The translations under genes and the position numbers were made by a program. Below, in pieces: positions 1 through 8,068 of a stretch of DNA of 64,000 nt. The notes under the pieces were generated by a model. That model was given only the letters and a program-made list of their open reading frames with translations, made no database searches and had not been told where the DNA came from. The stretch is from Chloroflexota bacterium (GTDB taxonomy: Bacteria; Chloroflexota; UBA11872; VXOZ01). Location: the NCBI GenBank assembly GCA_965220175.1, contig OZ244814.1:1952390-2016389 (forward strand). Reading direction: 5' to 3'. How positions within the stretch are numbered: position 1 is the first letter of the stretch; the number at the start of each line of letters is the position of its first letter.

Positions 1-1
1 C

Positions 2-370
2 GGCAGACTAGACGTCATTCACGGCTATGGATCGAGCGGCGCCGGCGGCGTGCTGCGCAAGCGCTTGCGCAACTTTCTGCAGGAACACGCGGCCCAAGGC
101 CGCCTGGAATTCACCCCCGGCGAACACACTGACGCCAATCCGGGCCACACCCTAGTGCTGCCAATCCAGCCACTACCGGTGATGGACGAGTTGCTGGCAG
201 CAGAAGTCTTAGCCTACTGCGTGCGCCCGCGCACTCTCAGCAAGATCAGCGGCAAGTTCCGCCGCCACGGCGAACCCGCGGTCAAGGCCGTCATCGCATC
301 TCTCGTCAGGCGCCGCCGCCTGCGCATGGTCGGTAAAGGCAGTCGCAAAACGTATGAGGCTATAGCCTAA
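2..370 (+). CDS. Smr (small MutS-related) domain protein, 5'-truncated by window edge
   Basis: Frame from base 2 reads GRLDVIHGYGSSGAGGVLRKRLRNFL...NPGHTLV, containing the Smr IHGxG and NxGxT motifs. Confidence 0.75.
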   Translation, partial: GRLDVIHGYGSSGAGGVLRKRLRNFLQEHAAQGRLEFTPGEHTDANPGHTLVLPIQPLPVMDELLAAEVLAYCVRPRTLSKISGKFRRHGEPAVKAVIASLVRRRRLRMVGKGSRKTYEAIA

Positions 371-390
371 GTAAGCAACGATTGGTGTGA

Positions 391-1677
391 TTGTATCCAA
401 TGTCTTTAAAACGACCGATTGAATTTGGAACGACCTTTGACAGCTTTACTGCCACCAAGATTATTGGGGAAGGTGGTGCTGCACGTGTCTTCAAGGCAAC
501 CGATGGTGATGGAAAACTATGCGCTGTCAAATTGCTTAAGCCACAGAATGCAACCAAAGAGAAACGTAAAAGATTCAAGAATGAGATAGACTTCTGCTCT
601 CGCATCAACCACAAGAACATAGTTTTGGTTGATGACCACGGTAGACATTCTGAAGGCGAGAGTGAAACTATCTTCTACGTCATGCCCCTCTACTCTGGAT
701 CATTCAGGGATGTCTTGAATCAAGGTGTGCTGCCCGACAAGGCACTAGTCCACTTTGTGCAGATGTTGGACGGCGTTGAAGCGGCCCACCTAAAAGGTGT
801 GGTCCACCGAGACCTAAAGCCGGAAAACATACTGTTTGACGACGCAAACGACCAGCTTGTCATCTCGGACTTTGGCATAGCGATGTTCCAAGAAAATGAG
901 CTATTCACAGCAGTTGAAACCAAAGACACTGACCGCCTCGCAAACTTCCGATACGCAGCTCCTGAGCAGCGTCATCCTGGTAAGAGCGTCGACCAACGTG
1001 CAGACATCTTTGCTTTGGGGCTAATTCTAAATGAGATGTTCACGGAGGAGGTCGTGTCTGGAATTGGTTACACGACCATCGCTAGCGTGGATCAGGAGTA
1101 TGGTTTTCTGGATGAAATCGTAGAAAAGATGATCCAACAAGATCCCCGTGCCCGTTTCTCGTCCATTGGAGAAATCAAGGTTAGGATCAGCGCCAGTCAA
1201 AAGACCTTCGTTTCCCAGCAAAAGATAAGTGAGCTCAGTGGCGAAGTGGTGCCCGAAAACGAAATAGACGATCCTTTAGTGTCCGAACCTCCTAGGCTTG
1301 TAGATGTCGACTGGAATGAGGGTCGCTTGATTCTGTACTTGAGTTGCTCTGTTAATGATGATTGGGTCCAGGCGCTGCGAAACCCCGAAGTGGGTGGTAC
1401 TGTTGGAATAAACCACGGAGGGATAGAAATGGGTCTTTCAACCCTCAGTGTATTTGAGAACGTCGTTTCAACTAGAGCACCCGATGATGAGAGGACAATT
1501 CAAGATGTCATTAATCTGATGAGAGATGAGTGGTTGCCCAACGCTAATAGGGCCTATAGGAGTCGAAAAGAGACTGAGCAAAGGCAAAGGGAAGAGCGCA
1601 TTCGCGCAAGCCTCCAGAAACAGTTAGAGATGGAGAAGGCGCGCAAGAAGATTCTCGACAATGTTAGCATAGGCTAG
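391..1677 (+). CDS. Hanks-type Ser/Thr protein kinase with unknown C-terminal domain
   Basis: IGEGGAARV, AVKLL, HRDLKPEN, DFG and APE motifs; no TM segment; visibly AT-richer than flanks. Confidence 0.92.
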   Translation: MYPMSLKRPIEFGTTFDSFTATKIIGEGGAARVFKATDGDGKLCAVKLLKPQNATKEKRKRFKNEIDFCSRINHKNIVLVDDHGRHSEGESETIFYVMPLYSGSFRDVLNQGVLPDKALVHFVQMLDGVEAAHLKGVVHRDLKPENILFDDANDQLVISDFGIAMFQENELFTAVETKDTDRLANFRYAAPEQRHPGKSVDQRADIFALGLILNEMFTEEVVSGIGYTTIASVDQEYGFLDEIVEKMIQQDPRARFSSIGEIKVRISASQKTFVSQQKISELSGEVVPENEIDDPLVSEPPRLVDVDWNEGRLILYLSCSVNDDWVQALRNPEVGGTVGINHGGIEMGLSTLSVFENVVSTRAPDDERTIQDVINLMRDEWLPNANRAYRSRKETEQRQREERIRASLQKQLEMEKARKKILDNVSIG

Positions 1678-1754
1678 GTAGGATCGTTGTTGGAAGCGGA
1701 CATGCAATATCCATGACTCAAATCAAGTGAGCTGAGATTTGGCGAGCGGTACTC

Positions 1755-2561
1755 ATGGATTTTAGTAAACGAGAATGGTCACCTCAGGATTGTTCGGCTG
1801 GCACTCACTTAGTGCGAGATGTTTCCACTCCTCTTGAAAGACGGCATGGCAACTATGCGCTGCGTTTTATGATGGATGTGAGCGTGCCGCATGTTGCCCG
1901 TATAGCAGGGGCACGGAAGCCCCGATCCTATCGTCACGGCAGGTCTGCAGTCGGTCGGGCAGGAGCGCCCGATGGCCGACAGGTTGGCAGGACTAATGGA
2001 GACTACCCGCCGGACGTGCGGCGGATGGTCTTCTGGGATACGGAGACGACCGGTCTGGGTGGGCCGGGTACGTATGTCTTTTTGGTGGGTCTGGGATACT
2101 TGGAGGATGACGCGTTCGTGGTGCGGCAGCACTTTATCCGCAGTCCCGACGAAGAGCCTGCCATGCTGCAGGCGGTAGCGGATTCCCTCCCCCAATGGCC
2201 GACGATGACCACGTTCAACGGCGTGAGTTTCGATCTGCCGCTGCTGCGCTCCCGCATGAAGGCTCATGAAGTAAAGCTTGGCATTCAGGACGTCCTCCAT
2301 TGCGATCTGCTCTACGGCGCGCGGCGCCTTTGGCAACGGCGGTTGCCGAATTGCAGATTGCAGACACTTGAGAAGCACATTCTCGAGTTCGAGCGGCAAG
2401 GCGACGTGCCTTCCAGCGCAGTCCCAGGCCTCTATTTCGACTACCTTAAGACCGGTGACCTCGAGTCCTTGGATGGCGTCTTCCATCACAATGTACTCGA
2501 CATAATCTCGCTCGCCGGTCTCATGATCGCGATGCACGAGCAGGTAGTGGATGCGGGCTGA
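1755..2561 (+). CDS. YprB-like RNase H-fold (DnaQ/PolB-like) exonuclease
   Basis: FWDTETTGL, TFNGVSFDLPLL, HCDLL, HNVLDI motifs; true start uncertain. Confidence 0.85.
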   Translation: MDFSKREWSPQDCSAGTHLVRDVSTPLERRHGNYALRFMMDVSVPHVARIAGARKPRSYRHGRSAVGRAGAPDGRQVGRTNGDYPPDVRRMVFWDTETTGLGGPGTYVFLVGLGYLEDDAFVVRQHFIRSPDEEPAMLQAVADSLPQWPTMTTFNGVSFDLPLLRSRMKAHEVKLGIQDVLHCDLLYGARRLWQRRLPNCRLQTLEKHILEFERQGDVPSSAVPGLYFDYLKTGDLESLDGVFHHNVLDIISLAGLMIAMHEQVVDAG

Positions 2562-2689
2562 GCTTAGCGTGGGTGGATGCTCGCTAGACCCTCCCTGCAA
2601 TTGCGAGTACGGCACTTACCCTTCTCCGAGTTCATTCTCATCAAGAGAGCGCCCAGCCTCTGCTTGAATCTCGGCAAAATTGGCATTCC

Positions 2690-2712
2690 CTGGATTCCGG
2701 CTTTCGCCGGAG
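2690..2712 (+). repeat. REP-like hairpin (left part), split by IS110; remainder at 3899-3907
   Basis: Rejoining flanks gives CTGGATTCCGGC-TTTC-GCCGGAATGACGG with a perfect 8-bp stem. Confidence 0.8.
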
Positions 2713-2737
2713 TATCTGTGTTAGAAGTCAAGTTAAT

Positions 2738-3679
2738 TTAGGGACCTGCAGCAAGGTAGTCCTGCCACGGTGTGCCGCGCCGGACGATGGCGTTGAGTTG
2801 CAGGAGCATTTTGCGCATTACCGCCACCAGGGCGACTTTGCCCGGCTTACCCCGCTGGCGCAGACCTTGGTAGAAGCGCTGCAGGCTGTTGTCCTGGCGG
2901 ATAGCAGACAAGGCGGCGAGGTAGAGAGCGCGGCGCACGACGCCCCGGCCGCCGCGGATGGCGCGATAGCCGCGCTGCTGTCCGCTGTCCCGTGACCACG
3001 GTGCGAGACCTGCCAGCGCGGTCAAGGCCTTACCGGAGAGCTGACCGAGTTCGGGGAGGAAGGCGGTGAGGATGGCGGCGGTCAAGTCGCCGACGCCGCG
3101 CATGCTGCCGAGCAGTTGGGCGCGCTGGCGCAGGTGCTGGCTGCGCTGCAGGGTCGCTTGATACTGCTGGTCCAGCCGTTCTATCTCCTTATCCAGCCAG
3201 CGGATGTGGCGTGTGACGGAGCATTGGCTAACGGAGGAGAGGCCTTTGTCCAGACGGTTCTGTTCCTGCACACGTTGCTTGACGAGTTGCTGGCGGCGCT
3301 GCAGCACATCTTGGAGCTGTTCACGTTCCGGGGAGGGCGCCGGAAGGTCCTCCAGCGCCATCACAGCGCCGTACCGGGCGAGCACCTGCGCATCCAGGCG
3401 ATCGGTCTTCGCTTCCTTGCCACAGGCGCGGGCAAAGGCCCGCACCTTGTTGGGATGCGCCACCTCCACTGAGGGCAGCGCCGTGTGCAGACGCTTTACC
3501 ACTTGGCGCTCATACCCGCCGGTCGGCTCACACACTGCCACCGTGACGCCTGCAGCTTGCAGCCAACGCACCAGGGCGGTGATACCCACCGTGGTGTTCG
3601 CGAAACGCCGCACGGGGCCGCCCGCTACCGACACATCGAGTTGCGCTTTCCCAACATCGATCCCTGCCACAACTTTCAT
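2738..3679 (-). CDS. IS110 family DEDD recombinase/transposase
   Basis: GIDVGK, CEPTGGY, AKTDRLDA, GLAPWSRDSG motifs; ATG at 3679 preceded by AGGAGAG (ORF-track start 3814 runs into the ncRNA). Confidence 0.95.
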   Translation of the reverse strand: MKVVAGIDVGKAQLDVSVAGGPVRRFANTTVGITALVRWLQAAGVTVAVCEPTGGYERQVVKRLHTALPSVEVAHPNKVRAFARACGKEAKTDRLDAQVLARYGAVMALEDLPAPSPEREQLQDVLQRRQQLVKQRVQEQNRLDKGLSSVSQCSVTRHIRWLDKEIERLDQQYQATLQRSQHLRQRAQLLGSMRGVGDLTAAILTAFLPELGQLSGKALTALAGLAPWSRDSGQQRGYRAIRGGRGVVRRALYLAALSAIRQDNSLQRFYQGLRQRGKPGKVALVAVMRKMLLQLNAIVRRGTPWQDYLAAGP

Positions 3680-3689
3680 CCCGCTCTCC

Positions 3690-3885
3690 TTCCTGGCATA
3701 CTGGTGGTGTCCTCCACACTTGCAGATGCGGGCCATTGGTCTGCCCAGGTATCTGTTCGGAGCGACATTCTGGCGCGAGGGGTGTCGTACTCCGGCGCGA
3801 TGCAGCCAGGCCACTGCCTCGGCTCACCTAATGACGGACGACGCGCCCCTCGCGTTGCCACTCAACTTCGCTCATTTGCCCGCCT
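3690..3885 (-). ncRNA. Bridge RNA of the IS110 element
   Basis: Four guide segments matching target flanks and element ends in the order LTG, RTG, LDG, RDG, enclosed by stems; ends approximate. Confidence 0.85.
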
Positions 3886-3890
3886 TTTTC

Positions 3891-3896
3891 AACATA
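3891..3896 (-). promoter_or_regulatory. -10 half (TATGTT) of IS circle-junction promoter; -35 (TTGACT) at 2726-2731
   Basis: Joining the element ends gives TTGACT-N17-TATGTT pointing into the bridge RNA and transposase. Confidence 0.75.
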
Positions 3897-4054
3897 CAAA
3901 TGACGGAGCGTGGGTCCACGCCGTTCGTGAAGGGGAAGGAAAGTTCCAGGCTTGACTACGTCCCTATTGCGGACTAGAGTTAGGTTAGCAGGAGCCGAGG
4001 GTGGGCTCCCAATCTATGAGCAGAAGCTATCTGCTCTCACAAGAGGAGACTGAG

Positions 4055-5482
4055 ATGCGTGCAGAGCTAGAAGAAGGATCTGTTACCGGACTTACGCGCC
4101 GCAACCTGCTGGCCGGTATCGGCATTGGCGGGCTGGGTGTGACCATTCTGGCGGCTTGCGGCACTGCCACGATGACTATGGAAGGTGAGCCCGAAGCCAA
4201 GGAGGAAATGGCGGAAGAGAAGCAGGCGGAAGAGGCTCCCGCAGCCGAGGAAGTGACGATCCGCTATTACTCCTGGTTTTCGGAGCGAGACCTGGGCAAT
4301 GTGGAAGACGTCATGCTGAATCCGTTTGCCGAGGCGAACCCGGGGGCTACCGTGGAGCTCGTCGTTGCCCCTGGCAGCCTGGTTGGACAGGGCATCGAGT
4401 TGACAACCATGTTGGCCGGCGGTGTGCTGGTCGACTGTTTCATGTGCCTGGCGCCGCCGTTGTACGTGCGCAACGGTCTCGTGCAGCCGCTCGATGACCT
4501 CATCAAGCGCGACAACTACGACATGACGCAATTCGCCAGAGACGGCCGCACGACGTTCTCCTCGTTCGAGGGCAAAGTCTACGGTCTGACCACCTACCAT
4601 CACGGCGAGGCGATTGCGCTGCTCTACAACCGGCAGCTCTTTACCGACGCCGGTGTCGATGAACCTTCAGAGGACTGGGACAACTCATGGACGTGGGACG
4701 AGTTCCGCGACACCATGCAGCAACTCACCAAGGAATCCGGCGGCAAGTACACCCAGTACGGCCTGGACCGGGTTGGCATCAACTACTATCCCAATACGCC
4801 CATGCTCTGGGAGGGCGCGTGGATTTCGGATGACTTCCAGTCCATCACCTGCGATTCGCCGGAAGTGATCGAAGCGTACGAGTCCTACATCGCGCTGCAG
4901 CTTCAGGATAGGTCCTGGCCCTCGCGCGACCAGGCCAACGAGAATCTGGGCGAGCCGCAGCGCGGCTTCACCCACTTTACGTTGGGTAAGACCGGCGTGA
5001 TCAAGATGGGGTCCTGGCAGCTTGGCGGTTACCGTGACACGACGGATATCGACTGGGCGTTCACGCCCTTCCCGAAGGCCGCGGTCTCGCTGCCCGAATT
5101 CAAGATTTGGGGCTATGGTGTCGGCACACAGTCCAAGGCAACTGACGTGGCCTGGGAGTTTGTGAAATTCCACATTCCCGAAGACCGGTGGGCGTTGCTT
5201 ACCAGCAACATCCCGGCACGGTTGGAAGGCGCGGAGAAGTTCCTGCGCGATCTGTATGAAGAGCGACCGGGTGTGCGCGTGGATGCTTTCATCAACTCGC
5301 TCCCGCTCGGCGGCAACGGCGGCGACCCCGTGCTCGTTACTTCGGCGTGGCCGCGGATGCTCGAGGAAGCGGTCAGGCCGCTCTGGAGCGACATGATCGC
5401 CGGTACGGTGGCCCCGGCCGATGGTCTCAAGAATGTCAAGCCGATTTTGGAGAACATCTTGGCGGAAGAGGCAGCCAAGTAA
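4055..5482 (+). CDS. ABC transporter extracellular solute-binding lipoprotein (carbohydrate family 1), Tat-type signal
   Basis: TRRNLL twin-Arg, LAAC lipobox, LLYNRQLF..AGV and WTWDEF motifs; ATG 4055 after GAGGAG. Confidence 0.88.
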   Translation: MRAELEEGSVTGLTRRNLLAGIGIGGLGVTILAACGTATMTMEGEPEAKEEMAEEKQAEEAPAAEEVTIRYYSWFSERDLGNVEDVMLNPFAEANPGATVELVVAPGSLVGQGIELTTMLAGGVLVDCFMCLAPPLYVRNGLVQPLDDLIKRDNYDMTQFARDGRTTFSSFEGKVYGLTTYHHGEAIALLYNRQLFTDAGVDEPSEDWDNSWTWDEFRDTMQQLTKESGGKYTQYGLDRVGINYYPNTPMLWEGAWISDDFQSITCDSPEVIEAYESYIALQLQDRSWPSRDQANENLGEPQRGFTHFTLGKTGVIKMGSWQLGGYRDTTDIDWAFTPFPKAAVSLPEFKIWGYGVGTQSKATDVAWEFVKFHIPEDRWALLTSNIPARLEGAEKFLRDLYEERPGVRVDAFINSLPLGGNGGDPVLVTSAWPRMLEEAVRPLWSDMIAGTVAPADGLKNVKPILENILAEEAAK

Positions 5483-5540
5483 GCGTAGCCAAGAATTCCA
5501 CCATACTCGGTTTTGCGCCTGGCAAACGCTTGACAATAGA

Positions 5541-5572
5541 AGAGCCGCCCCAATTGGGGCGGCTCTCTCTTT
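5541..5572. terminator. Intrinsic terminator between convergent genes
   Basis: AGAGCCGCCCC-AATT-GGGGCGGCTCT perfect hairpin followed by a pyrimidine tract. Confidence 0.8.
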
Positions 5573-5646
5573 GTACTGTACGTGGAATCGCATTCTTGGC
5601 AGCTACACTGGCATATCGTTGCAAGTCCTCCGCAGGTTGAGTGACC

Positions 5647-6651
5647 TTACAAGTGCTTCGCGAACCAGGACAGCAGCTGCTTCCAAGCGTCTGTGGCGGA
5701 CTCGGCATGGTAGCGCGAGCTGGTGTCGTTGTGAAAGGCGTGGTTGGCGTTGGGGTAGACGATCTTCCGGAAGGTCTTGTTGTGTTCCCGCATTGCGGAC
5801 TCGATAGCTTCGATGCCGGCGTTGATGCGCCGGTCCTGCTCGGCGTAAATGGCAAGGACCGCGGCCTGGATGCTCGGTACGTCTTCCAAGGGCGGGTTCG
5901 GGCCATAGAACGGCACGGCTGCCTTGATCTCTGGGATCTGGGTGGCAAAGCGCCAGGTCACGCCGCCGCCAAAGCAGAATCCCGTCATGCCGATGCGACC
6001 CGTGGCCACATGCGGCAGCGACTCAAGGTGCTGCAGGCCTGCCTTGAAGTCATCGACGAACTGCTGCGGAGGAATGTTGCTGAGCAAGCCCGGCGCGCTT
6101 GAAGCACCGCCTGCCGCCTCGGTGCCGCCCTGCCGCGAGAGCATGTCGAGTGCGAGCGCCACGTAGCCGTCCCTGCCGAAGCGCCGCGTTACGTCCCTGA
6201 TGTGCTCATTCAACCCGCGATTTTCATGGCACACCAGCACGCCGGGAACGGGGTCGCTGCCAGAGGGCCTGGCGAGATACCCGAGCAGCGTCACGTCTCC
6301 TACTGCGATCTCTACCGCACCGGCCTCGATGCTCGGATCGTTCGGCGACACGGTAACGCCTGGCGGCAAATCCTCTGAGGCTGCCGTTTCTGCGGTTGGC
6401 GTGGGTTGGGCTGCGGATTCCGCCGCAGTTTCTGCGGACGTTGCCCGTTCTTCCTCAGCCCCGCAAGCCGCAAGGATGCTACTGGCAATGGCAACGCTGC
6501 CTGTGATCCCGGCGATGCGCTGGAGCGCTTCCCGCCGGTTTATCTCACCCTCTTGATAGTCTTCTATGAACTCCTCGAGAATGTAGTCGCGCAAGCTGGT
6601 ATCCTGACCGGCGCCATTCTTCCCTGCCTTTGCCAATTCACGCACGTCCAT
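5647..6651 (-). CDS. Dienelactone hydrolase family protein with Tat/lipoprotein-like N-terminus
   Basis: HENRGL, GFCFGG nucleophile, HAFHND; NRREAL and LAAC in the N-terminus. Confidence 0.9.
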   Translation of the reverse strand: MDVRELAKAGKNGAGQDTSLRDYILEEFIEDYQEGEINRREALQRIAGITGSVAIASSILAACGAEEERATSAETAAESAAQPTPTAETAASEDLPPGVTVSPNDPSIEAGAVEIAVGDVTLLGYLARPSGSDPVPGVLVCHENRGLNEHIRDVTRRFGRDGYVALALDMLSRQGGTEAAGGASSAPGLLSNIPPQQFVDDFKAGLQHLESLPHVATGRIGMTGFCFGGGVTWRFATQIPEIKAAVPFYGPNPPLEDVPSIQAAVLAIYAEQDRRINAGIEAIESAMREHNKTFRKIVYPNANHAFHNDTSSRYHAESATDAWKQLLSWFAKHL

Positions 6652-6768
6652 TGCCTACCTCCGGGTATGCTAAGGTCGTCGTTTGCCAGATACCCTACCG
6701 CGTTAGCCTAAGAGCAGCCTGAGCGCACGGACCTCATTTGGCGTACATAGCGCATGTGGGAGGCTGGG

Positions 6769-7719
6769 TTATCCGACGGGGTCTGTGCGATGGCGCACGG
6801 CGTCTGCCAGCGCGCGGTTCACGAGATGGGTGTAGATCTGCGTCGTGGAAAGACTGGAGTGCCCGAGCAATTCTTGAATAACACGCAGGTTTACGTCGTT
6901 GCGCAGCAGGTCCACGGCAAAGCCGTGCCGCAGCGCGTGGGGGGCCAAGTGGCCCACGCCGGAGCGTCGCGCGTGCTGTGTAATGATCTTGCGCACCATG
7001 CGCGGCGAAAGTCTCTTTTCCTTGTCCTCGGCGTCGTCTTCCGCCGTCATGCCCGGACGATAACGGATGAAGAGCGGTGAGAACTCATCCTCGCGGGTTG
7101 TCAGATACTCGCGCACGGCCAATTGCGCGCCCTGCTGCAGAAAGACCGGCCGGTCCTTGTCGCCTTTGCCGCGAATGATGATTTGCATCAATTCGTCGCT
7201 GCCTAAGCGCTCAATGGGTAGATCGGATCGGTCGAGAGCACAGAGTTCGGCCAAGCGCAGCCCGGTTGAGAAGAACAACATGACGAGCGCGCGATCGCGC
7301 CTGCCTTGAGGCGTGTCCTGTGGAATTGAGCGGAAGAGATGCACGATGTCTTCAGCCGTAGGCACATTGCGGGGCGCGTGGCGTTGCAGCTTGGGGAGTT
7401 GCACCTTGTCGTAGGCGATTACCTCGCGGTCTTCGTGCAGGCTGAAGTAGCGGAGCATGCTGCGCAGGCACGAGGCGTACTTCGCCAAGGTAGATGCACT
7501 GGTGTGTGTGCGCTTCCACGCCAGGAATGCCGTGATTACCGGTAGCGTGAGGTCCTCAACACGCTCCACAGGGCGGTTCGTCTTGGTGCAATACGCAACA
7601 AGGTCGGTCAGCATCTGCTTATACGTGCGAACCGTCTGCGGCGAACGATTGAGATAGCCGCAATAGTCTAGGAATTGGCTGCAGTCCTGCCAAAGGGGTG
7701 GCGCTTCAGAGACGGTCAT
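6769..7719 (-). CDS. XerC/XerD-like tyrosine recombinase
   Basis: TGLRLAEL, GKG, HALRH, LGH, TQIY catalytic set; SAM-like N-terminal domain. Confidence 0.92.
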   Translation of the reverse strand: MTVSEAPPLWQDCSQFLDYCGYLNRSPQTVRTYKQMLTDLVAYCTKTNRPVERVEDLTLPVITAFLAWKRTHTSASTLAKYASCLRSMLRYFSLHEDREVIAYDKVQLPKLQRHAPRNVPTAEDIVHLFRSIPQDTPQGRRDRALVMLFFSTGLRLAELCALDRSDLPIERLGSDELMQIIIRGKGDKDRPVFLQQGAQLAVREYLTTREDEFSPLFIRYRPGMTAEDDAEDKEKRLSPRMVRKIITQHARRSGVGHLAPHALRHGFAVDLLRNDVNLRVIQELLGHSSLSTTQIYTHLVNRALADAVRHRTDPVG

Positions 7720-8068
7720 GAAGGCGTCCTATGCGGGAATGTGAGTGAGAGTGAATTGCTGCAAGAACTGTTCCGTCCCTTGCGTGGCAGCTTGCATCAG
7801 GCAAAGCTAACTCGGATTAGAGCCCGAAGGAAGATGCTCTTGGCAGCACTTTGGGACTTGACAAAGCAAGGGCTTAGAACTACCGGATGCTCTTGCTCCA
7901 GTGCAGAAATCAGATTGGATTGGAGATATTCACACCAAAGTCAGGGGCTCTCAACCGAACGATCCGCACAATTCACCGCGCGCCTGACGCACTCCCATTG
8001 TCCAAAGTATTGCGCAACCGCTGGAACAAGCGATGCCTACTGCTTGCTCCAGCGGTATTGATTAGCGT

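Larger units (their letters stand above)
2711..3900 (-). mobile_element. Complete IS110-family insertion sequence (IS621-like bridge recombinase element)
   Basis: Transposase plus ~220-nt upstream non-coding end; junctions tccgtca-TT-tgtatg and acagata-CT-ccggcg on the minus strand; no TSD or long terminal IR. Confidence 0.92.

Noticed and set aside
3680-3814. N-terminal extension of IS110 transposase in the ORF track
   Set aside because: Overlaps the bridge-RNA guides; the RBS and family N-terminus point to ATG 3679
6769-8068. Tyrosine recombinase as integrase of an island or integron
   Set aside because: No att repeat, attC cassette or dif-like site seen; size and motifs fit a chromosomal Xer protein
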